IMG/VR virus record: IMGVR_UViG_3300048060_000032
Location: 1-38,276 of that record
Origin: a virus
Lineage: Duplodnaviria > Caudoviricetes
Strand: one strand, 5' to 3'
DNA length: 38,276 nt
In this document: positions 26,936-37,327 of the stretch, one piece after another
Layout of the letters: each line of letters starts with the position of its first letter
Position numbering within the stretch: position 1 is the stretch's first letter
Made by a program: the position numbers and the translations under genes
Notes under the pieces: generated by a model
What the model was told of the DNA's origin: nothing
The model's database searches: none
The model's input: only the letters and a program-made list of their open reading frames with translations

Positions 26936-28758
26936 TGCCAACTTTTGCCGTAAGTACCGCATTTAAGGCGATAGATAAGGTAACCCAGACGTTCAAGCGA
27001 ATGGGGAAAGGTGCGGATAAATTTGGCAATCAATCTTCAAAAGCATTTCAAAGGGCTTCCAAATCGGCATCCATATTCGGCAAAACAGCAAAGAGAGTCT
27101 TATCGGCTGGTATTTTAGTTGGCGGTATTTTGTTGGTCAAACGCGGTATTGGCGAGGTTACACGTGAGTTTGTCTCTTTTGATCAAGCCATAACTGCGTC
27201 AAGCGCCAAATTCAAGGATTTAAGGCTTAATACTGAAGCCGGACAAAAAACCCTGTTAGAACTAAAAAAGACAGCCCGTGATGTTGGTGCTGTAACTCAA
27301 TTTACAGCTACCGAAGCAGCCGGCGGGCTTGATTTTCTGGCCATGGCCGGGTTTGGGGCTGCACAATCCATGGCATTGTTGCCGGGTGTGGTTGATTTGG
27401 CCACCGTAGCGAATGTTGACTTGGCCCGTTCCACGGACATAGCTTCCGATACTCTCGGTGCATTTGGCTTAATGACCGATGATACTGCGCAGCTCACGAA
27501 AAACTTCGCCCGTGTCAATGATGTAATGGCGAAAACTATGGTTTCTGCAAATGCAGACATGGAGACCATATTCGAGTCTGTCAAAAAGGGTGCCCCCTCG
27601 TTTACTGCCGCTGGACAATCAATGGAAACTTTCAGCGCCCTTTTGGGCGTTATGGCTAATTCAGGAGTTAAGGGAGCCGAAGCTGGTACTTCATTACGGA
27701 ATATGATGCTGAGGCTTGCCGATCCATCAAAAGAGGCCCAAGCGGTATTAGACAAGCTCAATATAACAACTCAGGATTCACAAGGGAACTTCCGGGATAT
27801 CGTTGACATAATAGCTGATTTTGAAAAAGGCTTGAAAGGAATGGGTACGCAGCAAAGAACTGCGGCGCTATCAACCGTGTTTGGCGCAAGGGCAGTAACC
27901 GGGTTTAACATAATATTAAAAGAGGGCACTAAATCAATCCGAGGTTACCGTGGAGAATTGGAAAACGCAGGCGGAGAAAGTGAGCGCATGGCGGCTATTA
28001 TGAGAAAGTCGCTTGGAAATAGAATGAAGGCTTTGGGTTCGGCGGCTATTGAGCTTGGTTTTAAGTTTTTTACCGCATTTGAGAAAGATGGTGGTGGAGC
28101 GATAGATTCGCTTACTAATGCCGTCCGTAATTTTAATGTCCAGCCAATTATTGACGGTCTTAAATTCACGTTTTCGGCTATTAAATCATTAATTAATATT
28201 ATAACTCCATGGGCACCGTTGATGATGGAAGTTGTGGCTGCGTTCGTTGCTTATTCTGTAATCATGAAAACAATTTTAGGGCTTAAGGCGGCTGTAGCGT
28301 TTTTGAGCATTGCCAAGGCTATTACAGCAATCAACTTGGCATTTGCAGCTAATCCCATTGCTTTCATAGTGGGTGGAATAGTAACCGCTGTGTTTTTGCT
28401 TATAAAGGGTCTGGGGTTGCTACAGAAAAAGTTTAAAATATTTGACAAATTAGCGGAATCTACCGGGTTTAAATTTATAAAATCATTTGGAGAATTTGTA
28501 ATAGACCCACTTGGGTTTGTTGGTGGTGGTATAAAGGCAATAGCTAGACAAAGTAGGCTAGAAGAAAAATTTAGCAGTAAGGACAGAAGGACTTTTAAGC
28601 CTCCAGTAGCACCTAACCAAACAGAGATTGAGGCCCGGCAAAAAATAGATTTTCAAGGTCGTGTGCAATTTGAAAATGCTCCGGCAGGCACCTCCGTATC
28701 TGGCAAAACTACCGGCGCTCCCCCGATAGGCTTAGAGCTTTTGGGGGTAAATCCATGA
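26935..28758 (+). CDS. Tail tape measure protein (TP901 core)
   Basis: TQFTATEAAGGLDFLAMAG, MANSGVKGAEAGTSLRN. Confidence 0.92.
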   Translation: MPTFAVSTAFKAIDKVTQTFKRMGKGADKFGNQSSKAFQRASKSASIFGKTAKRVLSAGILVGGILLVKRGIGEVTREFVSFDQAITASSAKFKDLRLNTEAGQKTLLELKKTARDVGAVTQFTATEAAGGLDFLAMAGFGAAQSMALLPGVVDLATVANVDLARSTDIASDTLGAFGLMTDDTAQLTKNFARVNDVMAKTMVSANADMETIFESVKKGAPSFTAAGQSMETFSALLGVMANSGVKGAEAGTSLRNMMLRLADPSKEAQAVLDKLNITTQDSQGNFRDIVDIIADFEKGLKGMGTQQRTAALSTVFGARAVTGFNIILKEGTKSIRGYRGELENAGGESERMAAIMRKSLGNRMKALGSAAIELGFKFFTAFEKDGGGAIDSLTNAVRNFNVQPIIDGLKFTFSAIKSLINIITPWAPLMMEVVAAFVAYSVIMKTILGLKAAVAFLSIAKAITAINLAFAANPIAFIVGGIVTAVFLLIKGLGLLQKKFKIFDKLAESTGFKFIKSFGEFVIDPLGFVGGGIKAIARQSRLEEKFSSKDRRTFKPPVAPNQTEIEARQKIDFQGRVQFENAPAGTSVSGKTTGAPPIGLELLGVNP

Positions 28759-30017
28759 CCTGGCAAGAAAGAGTAAGGCCAACCATAAAACTTGCTTCAC
28801 CAAACGGGAATATATTTGAGCCACTATGGAGCGGTAATTCGCGCACCATTGAAAAAAAACTGGGTATATTCTCATTCCCTAAAATTAAAGGGATAAAAAT
28901 CCAGGACTTAGATGTCGGTGGTGTCAGTTATCCGCTAACACTTCTTTTTGAAGGCCCGGATAACGATATAAAGGCGAACAGTTTTTTTAACGCTTGCAAA
29001 GAAACCGGAGAGTGGATAGTCGACCACCCTGTTTTAGGCCCATTAGAGCTGCAATTAGTATCTGTGACGGAGCAAATACAACCCGTCACGTCAGGCAATC
29101 TCACGGTCATAGAAACTGCGTGGCTCGAGCCAAAGGCGAGCAATGTAGAAATACAACCTATCCAAATCGGCACACTAATACAAAACAATTCGTCAATCGC
29201 AAACGAATCAGCGATTAATCAATTAGAAAATAATACATCGCAAGAATTGGCCGGATTTACTAAAAAAATAGCTACTGATACCGATAAGATCGTGACGAAA
29301 ATAATTTCGGCCATGAAAACGATAACATCGTCGGTGGCAAGTATAAACGCAAGGCTAAACAGCATAAATCGTTCAATTAATACCACTATTACTCAGGCGA
29401 CTATAGACATTCTTTCGCTTGGTGGTCAAATACAGCAATTGGTACAATTACCGGTATTGGCTACAAATAACATAAGCGCCAGATTGACGGCATACTCTGC
29501 CATGGTATCCGATATTTTTACATTGCTACCATCCGGCGACAGCGAGATTGATAAAAATACTGTATCGCTAATCGAAGCGGCCCTATCAGCAACCATTGTG
29601 GCTATAGCGCAAACCGTATCTACTGGAACGCTGCAAACCCGGAGTCAGGCAATAGAGGCAATAGAAATAATAAGTCAATTATTTGCCAATATAACTGACG
29701 GCCTTGATGAAGTGCAGGAATTATTTCAAGCAAAAACACTTGATTTGCAATATTTCAGTCAATCGGATAGCTTTGCCGATGCCGCTCAAATAACGTCACT
29801 GGGAATAAAGTATTTATTAATCTCGTTATTCGATCTTTCTGTTGAAAAGCGATTTAGTCTAAAAACTCCCAGGGCACCCATTGAAATTACGATAAAAGAA
29901 TATGGCGAGTTAGGTGAAGCCGATTCAAATTTTGATTTATTTATTGAGTCGAATGAATTAACCGGTAATGATATTTTATTGCTGCCAGCAAAGCGAGAGG
30001 TTGTTGTATATGTCTAA
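28755..30017 (+). CDS. Mu gpN/gp43-like DNA circularization protein
   Basis: MTWQERVRP, QDLDVG and HPVLG N-terminal motifs; follows the tape measure. Confidence 0.8.
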   Translation: MTWQERVRPTIKLASPNGNIFEPLWSGNSRTIEKKLGIFSFPKIKGIKIQDLDVGGVSYPLTLLFEGPDNDIKANSFFNACKETGEWIVDHPVLGPLELQLVSVTEQIQPVTSGNLTVIETAWLEPKASNVEIQPIQIGTLIQNNSSIANESAINQLENNTSQELAGFTKKIATDTDKIVTKIISAMKTITSSVASINARLNSINRSINTTITQATIDILSLGGQIQQLVQLPVLATNNISARLTAYSAMVSDIFTLLPSGDSEIDKNTVSLIEAALSATIVAIAQTVSTGTLQTRSQAIEAIEIISQLFANITDGLDEVQELFQAKTLDLQYFSQSDSFADAAQITSLGIKYLLISLFDLSVEKRFSLKTPRAPIEITIKEYGELGEADSNFDLFIESNELTGNDILLLPAKREVVVYV

Positions 30018-31266
30018 TCCGACACCAGGCAAGCAATATACAGTACAGTCGGGGGACACACTGTCGTCTATAGCCGCCAGAGCATATGGAGATGACAAGC
30101 TGTGGCCGAAAATAAAGGAAGCTAATCAATCAAGTTTAAAATCAGATGACCCAAATGAGGTCTTTCCTGGTGAGATTATAAACATACCATTGTTGCCAGA
30201 GCATGAGGCTCTTAGAACCGCCCAAGTAGCAAGTCAATTATCCGGCAACCCAAAAGACAAATTGACAATATTGGTTGCGGATATTGAGATAAAAGCTTTA
30301 TCTGCGAACATTCTGAAACCGCTTGATACCGCCGCCGATGCATGGACGTCTGTTATAGAGTGGACACCTGGAGAGAACAAACAGCTTGACGAAGCATTGC
30401 TTCCATATCAATACCCAAAAGCGCAAGTTTATATCGGGAATGAATTGGTAATAAACGGCTTGGTATATACGGTTGCGCCTAGATTGGATTCCTCTGGGCT
30501 ATCTAAGGCCATAACAGGATATAGTTTCAGCATTGACGCAGTAGATTCAACAATTAAGCCGCCATATGAAAAAAACAATATTACCTTAGAACAGAGAGCA
30601 AATGCTTTGGTGGCTCCATTGGGAATAAGAGCGATATTTAACTCGGACAGTGGTGGCCCATTTAAAAGGATCACAGCGGACTCTGAGGACACCATATTTA
30701 GCCATCTGTCCAAACTGGCATTTCAGCGCGGGATGCTGGTATCATCAACCCCAGAAGGTGACTTGTTATTTACTAAAGCCGGTTCTGTTGGTTCAGTGGG
30801 GACTATAAGCGAGGGAGATGCTCCGGTATCTGGGTGGTCGGCTACATTCGATGGGCGCAAGCGATTCAATGTATATCGTGCAATAGGGCAAAGCCCAGGA
30901 GGGAAAGCTAAGGTAGCCATAGCAAATGACCCAAAAGTGCCGAGGCCACGTTTTTTAACTTTTTCTGCTGATGACACTACGACAGGTAACATAGAGATGG
31001 CTGCCAAATGGAAGAGGTCAAAGCAATTAGCTGAAGCCCTATCAATCCCCCTAAAACGTGATGGGTGGATTGCTCCAAATGGCGAAATATGGAGAAATAA
31101 CACAAGCTTGAATGTAAAATCAGAAACATTGCATGTGCCCAATGGATTTGAGTTCTTAATAAAATCGGTTAACTTTTTATTTGATAATGCTGGGAAAAAA
31201 ACCAGCTTACAATTAGTCCCGCCGCAGGTATATACGGGCGAGGAAATTAAAGAGGAATGGACATAA
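30010..31266 (+). CDS. LysM domain fused to Mu gpP/gp44-like baseplate hub
   Basis: YTVQSGDTLSSIA..YGD..W..I.EAN..GEIINIP LysM; RGMLVSSTPEGDLLF and W.APNGEIW motifs. Confidence 0.85.
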   Translation: MSNPTPGKQYTVQSGDTLSSIAARAYGDDKLWPKIKEANQSSLKSDDPNEVFPGEIINIPLLPEHEALRTAQVASQLSGNPKDKLTILVADIEIKALSANILKPLDTAADAWTSVIEWTPGENKQLDEALLPYQYPKAQVYIGNELVINGLVYTVAPRLDSSGLSKAITGYSFSIDAVDSTIKPPYEKNNITLEQRANALVAPLGIRAIFNSDSGGPFKRITADSEDTIFSHLSKLAFQRGMLVSSTPEGDLLFTKAGSVGSVGTISEGDAPVSGWSATFDGRKRFNVYRAIGQSPGGKAKVAIANDPKVPRPRFLTFSADDTTTGNIEMAAKWKRSKQLAEALSIPLKRDGWIAPNGEIWRNNTSLNVKSETLHVPNGFEFLIKSVNFLFDNAGKKTSLQLVPPQVYTGEEIKEEWT

Positions 31267-31297
31267 ATAAGAGAGGAAAATAAGAAAGGAGTATACA

Positions 31298-31540
31298 ATG
31301 AAAAGAATGATTGTAACTGTATCGTTAATTATGGTGATGGCATGCTCTGGCACCAAGATAAAGCCAGTATATGAAGCTGTAAAGATTATGCAGATTAAGC
31401 AGCACAAGGAAGCTGCATTACAAATGGCGCTTAGATATTTTGTTACTGGCGAACTGAGCAAAGAAAAAATTAAAGAACGTTGTGTAAGTTGCCATCCCGA
31501 GCTTGACGAGCCAAAAGAAGAAGCCGAACTGATTATATAG
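31298..31540 (+). CDS. Small lipoprotein with CxxCH motif
   Basis: MKRMIVTVSLIMVMA-C lipobox-like; CVSCH; AAAGGAG RBS. Confidence 0.6.
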   Translation: MKRMIVTVSLIMVMACSGTKIKPVYEAVKIMQIKQHKEAALQMALRYFVTGELSKEKIKERCVSCHPELDEPKEEAELII

Positions 31541-31557
31541 GAAGAAAAGGCAAGCGA

Positions 31558-32064
31558 ATGATAAAAGTCGGCACAGTAACCGGGCGGGAAATAAGACCAA
31601 ATATTGACGGTAGCAAAGATGTCCTGTTATTACAGGTGGAAATAACCGACCCGGAAGATATACAAACAGTCGAAGTCATTGGTCATGCCGGTGAAGACAG
31701 TAATCCGCCAGATGGATCAACCGTTCTTATAGTCAAAGTAGGAAATGCATGGAAACTTGCTCCAGCAGTAAATGATGGGATAGAACCCGATGCGTCACTC
31801 ACACCTGGCGAGAAAAAGGTATATAGCTCAGATGGCGGTACTATAAAATCATTTATAAAATGGCTCAAGAACAAGCTCGTGTTGAGCGGTGACGTGATTG
31901 AGGTTAACGGGAGTGCTGACTTCGCAGTGCGTCTCAATGCTTTGAATACTGCGCTTCAAACTATGTTAACGAGTCTTAACGCTGATATTGTAACCGCTGG
32001 CGGTTCGGGAACGACAACGCTTGATATTTCAGGTGCTAAAGTGGATACGGTAAAACTACCATGA
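31558..32064 (+). CDS. Baseplate spike (Mu gp45-like)
   Basis: G.DSNPPDGS..LIV and L.PGEKKVYS motifs. Confidence 0.8.
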   Translation: MIKVGTVTGREIRPNIDGSKDVLLLQVEITDPEDIQTVEVIGHAGEDSNPPDGSTVLIVKVGNAWKLAPAVNDGIEPDASLTPGEKKVYSSDGGTIKSFIKWLKNKLVLSGDVIEVNGSADFAVRLNALNTALQTMLTSLNADIVTAGGSGTTTLDISGAKVDTVKLP

Positions 32065-32498
32065 CTGATATTTATCAAGGCGATCCCCAGATAAACATTA
32101 ATGAAAACGGCGCTTCCTTAAATTTTGTAGGTGGCCAGCCTACAATGGATAGGGGGCTGGAAAACTTAGGAAAGATTTCTTTGTTTACTGAGCCCGGTTG
32201 GGCTGGCAACACATTATTTGATGAAATTGACCAACAAGCAGGTAGTAAATTTGAAGAAATAAGTCGCCAACCAATAACATTGCAAATGCTTAACGATTTA
32301 CGAAATGCCGCCGAGAATGCGCTTGATAACCCAGCATTTGGCAACGTGGAAGTTTCAATTAATAATCCGTCTGGATACAGGCTTAACGTCACGATTACTT
32401 TAAGCCCGCCGGGACAGGATATAAAAACACTATTATTGACAAAAAATGGGTTGAACTGGATTGCGCAGGCACTCGACCCAGCTCACTTGAGAGGATAA
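32061..32498 (+). CDS. Mu gp46-like baseplate wedge protein
   Basis: GLEN..ISLFT..GWAGN..GSKF. Confidence 0.8.
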   Translation: MTDIYQGDPQININENGASLNFVGGQPTMDRGLENLGKISLFTEPGWAGNTLFDEIDQQAGSKFEEISRQPITLQMLNDLRNAAENALDNPAFGNVEVSINNPSGYRLNVTITLSPPGQDIKTLLLTKNGLNWIAQALDPAHLRG

Positions 32499-32500
32499 AA

Positions 32501-33685
32501 ATGCCTCAAAATATGCCAACAACAAAAGAAATTAAAGATCAAAATCTAGCTAACTATGAAAGCAAATTAAATCAAACCTCGCCGTTAGCTGATAAGGCAT
32601 TTTTGCGCGTACAGTCGGCAGTCGAAGCGTTAATATTCACAATATTATATAAATATGGCGCCGATCGGGCAAGGCAAGCATTAGCAATAACCGCCACGGG
32701 TGACGGCCTGAAGCTGCATGGTGATGAACTTGACGTAGTGAAAGTTGCCGCTGTCGCAACTGTCCTCACGTTCGAATTGCCTGGTACTGACACAACGGTA
32801 ATCCCCGCTGGAACTGATTTTATAGGCGACAGCAATGGAGTTAGATATTTTTCCGATTCGTCGGCAACCATAACAGGTGGAGTAGCTACCATTACAGCTA
32901 CAGCGGAAACACCGGGAGTTGCTGGGAATCTAAATGTTAGTGATACTCTATCTCTCGGTACACAAATTGCCGGGGCAGAAAATACGGCCACGGTAACCGT
33001 AATCGAAACTACCGGTGCCGAAGAAGAAACCGAAGAATCATTCAGAACCAGGATATTATTCGCTAAAAGGGCTACTTCCGGTGGGAACAATTCAACTGAT
33101 TATAAGACTTGGTCAGAAGAAGTGGCTGGAGTTAAAAGGGCATATCCTTTTAGCGGTAAGTTTTTTGGTTCTGTGTTGGATAGCTTCCCAGGTGACAGGA
33201 CAATATATATTGAAGCGGTAACATCAGTGCATCCTGATGGCATCGCTCCTGGTTCGCTATTGGATTCTGTTAGAGAAGCAATAAATACCAATTCAGAAAC
33301 AAGCCGATCACGGCCATTATTGGGCTTGAGTGATGCTACCTTAGATATCCGATCAATATCGAGGCGGCCATTTTACGTCAATGTGATAAACCTCGATGTT
33401 GATGCAGGAGTGGAAACCCAAGTAAAAGCGGATATCGAAGCGGCCCTAACCACCTATTTTTTAACTATAACTCCGTTTGTGGATGGAATCGACCTTCCGC
33501 AAGAACGGAATGACTTAATAACGGATGTAAGCTTGTCTGCCGTAGTGCAAAGCGCAATTACTGATTCCGGCGGTTCGGTCGACGATGTTGATTTTGGAAT
33601 AGTGCCCGCAGTATTTACGGACATTTCTTATCGGCTTGACCCTGGTGAATTAGCCAAACTTGGGAGCGTTACGTACAGTGTCTAA
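32501..33685 (+). CDS. Baseplate J / Mu gp47-like protein
   Basis: TATGDGL, PGVAGN, GAEEETEESFRTRIL, GGN..DYKTWSEEVAGV.RAY. Confidence 0.92.
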   Translation: MPQNMPTTKEIKDQNLANYESKLNQTSPLADKAFLRVQSAVEALIFTILYKYGADRARQALAITATGDGLKLHGDELDVVKVAAVATVLTFELPGTDTTVIPAGTDFIGDSNGVRYFSDSSATITGGVATITATAETPGVAGNLNVSDTLSLGTQIAGAENTATVTVIETTGAEEETEESFRTRILFAKRATSGGNNSTDYKTWSEEVAGVKRAYPFSGKFFGSVLDSFPGDRTIYIEAVTSVHPDGIAPGSLLDSVREAINTNSETSRSRPLLGLSDATLDIRSISRRPFYVNVINLDVDAGVETQVKADIEAALTTYFLTITPFVDGIDLPQERNDLITDVSLSAVVQSAITDSGGSVDDVDFGIVPAVFTDISYRLDPGELAKLGSVTYSV

Positions 33686-34463
33686 CATATCAAGAGCAGT
33701 AATCGATGCGATAATGCCGAAAGGGTCGGCGTGGTTTCCGGCAGTAGGCAAGGGCCTTGACCTCTTTTTAGATGGTAGCGCTGATAACATAGAAATAATA
33801 AAAAATGCATTAAACGATTTGTCAACAATACAAATCGCCGAATTAACTCAATATATTGAAGACTTGGAAAAAGAATACGGACTGCTTTTTGACGCCTCTT
33901 TGTCAGAGGCGACCAGGCGCAATAGAATTAAAAATGCAAAGACTGATAATCAGGGGTACGGTACTGATTGGGATATGCAGGCAAAGCTCAGGAGAGCGGG
34001 ATTTGATAATATATTTGTCTATCAAAATGATCCCACGATAGACATTAACCAATTCTTAGGAAATACCGCTAATGTGACATGTGGCGATCCAGAGGCCACT
34101 TGCGGTAATCCAGGAGCTACATGCTCAAGTACTGGCGGATTGTTGGTTGTAAATGGTGATATTTTCTTTAATCAAAGCACCTTTTTTTATAAAGTCCCAA
34201 CTCAGGAATATTGGGATAATGTGTTTTTCGTCGGCGGAGAGGCAACATTTGGTTTAGTTGAGAGAGCGGATGTAACCTGCGGCAATCCATCATCTACTTG
34301 CGGCAATCCATCGGCAACCTGTGGCAGCAAGTTCGAACGTAGCGAGATAACAGATATAGAGGAAGCTGAAATATCTTCTGGGCGGAGGGATGAGCTAATA
34401 CGATTAATAGTTAAATACAAGCCTATACATTCATGGGCAGCACTGAGGGTAAATTTTACATAA
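33678..34463 (+). CDS. Mu gp48/DUF2313-like baseplate protein with TCGNP repeats
   Basis: MPKGSAW, EKEYGL..RRNRI, KYKPIHS; GTG start overlapping the upstream gene. Confidence 0.8.
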   Translation: MSNISRAVIDAIMPKGSAWFPAVGKGLDLFLDGSADNIEIIKNALNDLSTIQIAELTQYIEDLEKEYGLLFDASLSEATRRNRIKNAKTDNQGYGTDWDMQAKLRRAGFDNIFVYQNDPTIDINQFLGNTANVTCGDPEATCGNPGATCSSTGGLLVVNGDIFFNQSTFFYKVPTQEYWDNVFFVGGEATFGLVERADVTCGNPSSTCGNPSATCGSKFERSEITDIEEAEISSGRRDELIRLIVKYKPIHSWAALRVNFT

Positions 34464-34485
34464 AATGAATTGAAAGGGGTAAACA

Positions 34486-35433
34486 ATGGCTTTAGACTTT
34501 GATAATGAATATTCACCAGCTTCAAACCCACCAGACGCAAACTATCCATTCGGATCATCAAAAAATGATAGCATTCCAGGCGATTTGACTGGCACGCCGC
34601 TTGAAAAAGCATGGCTTAATGATTTTTTGGGCTATTTTCAAAAACTGCTTGATTTTGCAGGTATAACGCCATCTGGTAATCCAGATACTATATTGGCATC
34701 CGACTATTTTGATGGATTGATAAAGCTCATTAACGCTTTGTCGCCATATTTGGTTGATACCGGCGCAGTAAATGCTATAATAGTTACCGGCGATCCACCT
34801 GCTACTGCTTATGTCGTCGGGGAGAAAGTACGGGTCAAGATTGTAGCGACAAACACCGGTGCTGTCACAATAAACAAAGATAGCATAGGAATTGTAAACG
34901 TTAAAAAGCAGCTCAATACCGCTTTGGCGGCTGGAGATTTACCGGCTGGCTCGATAGTTGACTTAACGTATGACGGCACTAATTTTTTACTGGAACTTAT
35001 AAATCATGGCCATACCGGGCTCGGAGATGGTGGCCATTTAGGGCAGGTTCAGGCAACCGATGTTACAGTAACCGGAGCGGCAGCCAGCCCGCCTGATGCC
35101 AATACTCTGGTTACAGATAATATTCCCAAAGGCTGGATTAATTTCAAAGGAACCGGGACTATTGCAATCAACGATACCTATAATGTATCGAGCATTGTGG
35201 ACGAAGGTGTAGGAGAATATACGATTAATTTTGATCGTGATTTTGCTAATGCCAACTATGCACCCGTAGGCGTTGCCAAGCGCCTTGCGGCAGATGGGTC
35301 AAATATTGTACAAATGGCGATAGAGAAAAGTAGCGGGTTATCTGTAGGTTCAATGAGGGTAATTTTTCATGACCAAAATAATTCCGCGATTGATGTGGAA
35401 ATTGCTAGTATTATAGCAATTGGAGACCAATAG
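34486..35433 (+). CDS. Tail fibre protein
   Basis: YPFGSSKND..GTP..WLND..G N-terminus; TNTGAVTIN..GDLPAG; KGWINFKG..YNVSSIVD.GVG.YTINF C-terminal domain. Confidence 0.85.
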   Translation: MALDFDNEYSPASNPPDANYPFGSSKNDSIPGDLTGTPLEKAWLNDFLGYFQKLLDFAGITPSGNPDTILASDYFDGLIKLINALSPYLVDTGAVNAIIVTGDPPATAYVVGEKVRVKIVATNTGAVTINKDSIGIVNVKKQLNTALAAGDLPAGSIVDLTYDGTNFLLELINHGHTGLGDGGHLGQVQATDVTVTGAAASPPDANTLVTDNIPKGWINFKGTGTIAINDTYNVSSIVDEGVGEYTINFDRDFANANYAPVGVAKRLAADGSNIVQMAIEKSSGLSVGSMRVIFHDQNNSAIDVEIASIIAIGDQ

Positions 35434-35444
35434 GAGGAGGTTTT

Positions 35445-35831
35445 ATGAATTTATGTCGAATATTTTACAAAGAAGATGGAACTGTATCTATTATGTCTTT
35501 CCCACCGAAGGCAAGAATACCGGGAGAGACAGACCAAGAGATGATAGATAGGATAGCGGAGAAAGACGCTCCAAAGTCTGGACTTGATGGACTGGAATAT
35601 GAGGATGTAGAAGCTTCTGAACTACCACAAGGAGACAAGGAAAAGAGGCGAGGAGCAAAAGGCCAAGGCGTCTACATTGACGAATCTGTTGTAACCACCG
35701 CCGAAAAGCGGCAGGCATTGGAAGATAAGATTGATACAGAACTTGCGAAGCCCGAAGCCGAGGTCGATACGGCCAAAGTAATTAAGTGGAACAGGAAGCT
35801 ACAAAAAGGTAACTATGATGACGAGTTATAG
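35445..35831 (+). CDS. Tail fibre assembly/chaperone-like protein
   Basis: Follows the fibre gene; RIFYK..GTVSI..P..ELP pattern. Confidence 0.6.
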   Translation: MNLCRIFYKEDGTVSIMSFPPKARIPGETDQEMIDRIAEKDAPKSGLDGLEYEDVEASELPQGDKEKRRGAKGQGVYIDESVVTTAEKRQALEDKIDTELAKPEAEVDTAKVIKWNRKLQKGNYDDEL

Positions 35832-35845
35832 CCGATCGGTGTAAA

Positions 35846-36529
35846 ATGCCAGAACAATTATTTGACATAGATGCTAAAGACCTGGTTAGGCTTAAAAAAT
35901 TTTATAAAAAAGCGCCTAAGCAATTTGCCCGCGCCTCCGCATCCACTTTAACGTCGTTTGCCGCTGGTACCCGCCGAAAATCACTGTTAATCGTAAACAA
36001 CAGAATGACTGTGCGGAACAAGAACTTTGTCAGCGGCGCGCTTCGGTTCAATAGAGCAAAGGGCAATGTTCCTATGGCCGCTCAGGTGGCCACGGCGGGC
36101 TCTATTAAGCGTAACCGGTTCACTGGTTGGGAAGAGCAAGAACTGGGTACACAGACTGAGAGGACGCGCACAGCAACCTTGTTTGCACGTGGAGGCGGCT
36201 CGAAACAAATACCCAGATCGCTAAGAATGGATAGGACCTCCACGTTTGATACTCCGGATAACTACGAAGGCAAGACATACGAACAGCGAACCTTCCTTAT
36301 GCTTAAGGCCAAAGCAAAAAAAGCCTTTGTAATCACGAAGCACAGGAAATTCAGAAAGGGCCTTTATAAATTCCGGGGGAAAAAGATAAAGATGGTTCAG
36401 GCATTCGATAACAGAAAACAGCCCAAACGCATCAAGTGGCTGACTATGGCAAGAAAGCTTTATTTCTCTACCACGAGCATTGATAGCGTTTGGGCTAATT
36501 CACTGAGGCGGGTGCTAAAGTTTAAGTAA
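35846..36529 (+). CDS. Basic tail completion protein (lambda gpZ-like)
   Basis: Highly basic; KQFARASASTLTSFA N-terminal helix typical of this family. Confidence 0.5.
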   Translation: MPEQLFDIDAKDLVRLKKFYKKAPKQFARASASTLTSFAAGTRRKSLLIVNNRMTVRNKNFVSGALRFNRAKGNVPMAAQVATAGSIKRNRFTGWEEQELGTQTERTRTATLFARGGGSKQIPRSLRMDRTSTFDTPDNYEGKTYEQRTFLMLKAKAKKAFVITKHRKFRKGLYKFRGKKIKMVQAFDNRKQPKRIKWLTMARKLYFSTTSIDSVWANSLRRVLKFK

Positions 36530-36689
36530 GTCTCTCTTCCTGGAATGTCAGAAAAGCCCTCCGCATTTGGGGTAAAATTAATAAATTCTACCTTTTTTAC
36601 CTTACCTGTTTTATTCATTTTTTCCCTTTCGCAAATTACGCAAGTTTTAAGTGGCTCTAAACTTATTTGAAAATCATCCTTATCAAATT

Positions 36690-37079
36690 TTACTCACAAT
36701 TTATTTCAATGGGGTGCCTTCTAGTAGATATGTGGGTTTTCGTTTGGCTTCTTATATGTGCTAATAAACGAGATCGATATTGATCGTCAGGTTCTTTTTT
36801 TGTTCTTAACAATCCATGCTGATTACCCAAAACATCAAGACCACTTCCCTTTAAGACCAGTTTTTGTGATATTGACATTGACTGAGCAAGAATCTCTTTT
36901 TGTGCGGTTACTAATCTAGTATTTAACACTACTAACAATCTTTTCAAATGTCTCTCTTTCAATTCCACCAGACAATTCACGCGGCTAACGGTGGAAACCG
37001 ACACTCCCACAAGGGGGGCTAATTGTTCTTGGGTTAACCCCAGGCCTTCCCGTGTTTTCTTTATTTCCTCTCCAGTCAT
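36690..37079 (-). CDS. XRE HTH protein with atypical C-terminus
   Basis: AGGAG RBS then MTGEEIKKTREGLGLTQEQLAPLVGVSVSTVSR. Confidence 0.7.
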   Translation of the reverse strand: MTGEEIKKTREGLGLTQEQLAPLVGVSVSTVSRVNCLVELKERHLKRLLVVLNTRLVTAQKEILAQSMSISQKLVLKGSGLDVLGNQHGLLRTKKEPDDQYRSRLLAHIRSQTKTHISTRRHPIEINCE

Positions 37080-37156
37080 TTTGTCTCCTGTGGTTGACAT
37101 AAACAAATTCTTTGAAGCTTTTGGGCTCGTTTTTTGGGTCGATAATTCTTCCCATC

Positions 37157-37327
37157 TTACTCCCTCCATGTTGTTAACTGCTTTGCATGCTCAGTCAAGT
37201 AAGAATCTATAGCTTGCCGTATAATTTCAGTGTGCTTGACATCATCCAGGTAACCCTTCTTTCTCAGCTTTTGAAATGTCTCTTGCGAGATGTAGATTGT
37301 CATTTTTACCGTGTTTTTTTTATCCAT
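37157..37327 (-). CDS. Ribbon-helix-helix protein, 56 aa
   Basis: MDKKNTVKMTIYISQETFQKLRKKGYLDDVKHTEIIRQAIDSYLTE..; AAGAGG RBS; not in the ORF track. Confidence 0.7.
   Translation of the reverse strand: MDKKNTVKMTIYISQETFQKLRKKGYLDDVKHTEIIRQAIDSYLTEHAKQLTTWRE

Noticed and set aside
16164-36529. Many minus-strand ORFs across the structural operon
   Set aside because: Antisense shadows of well-supported genes, with no RBS or motifs.
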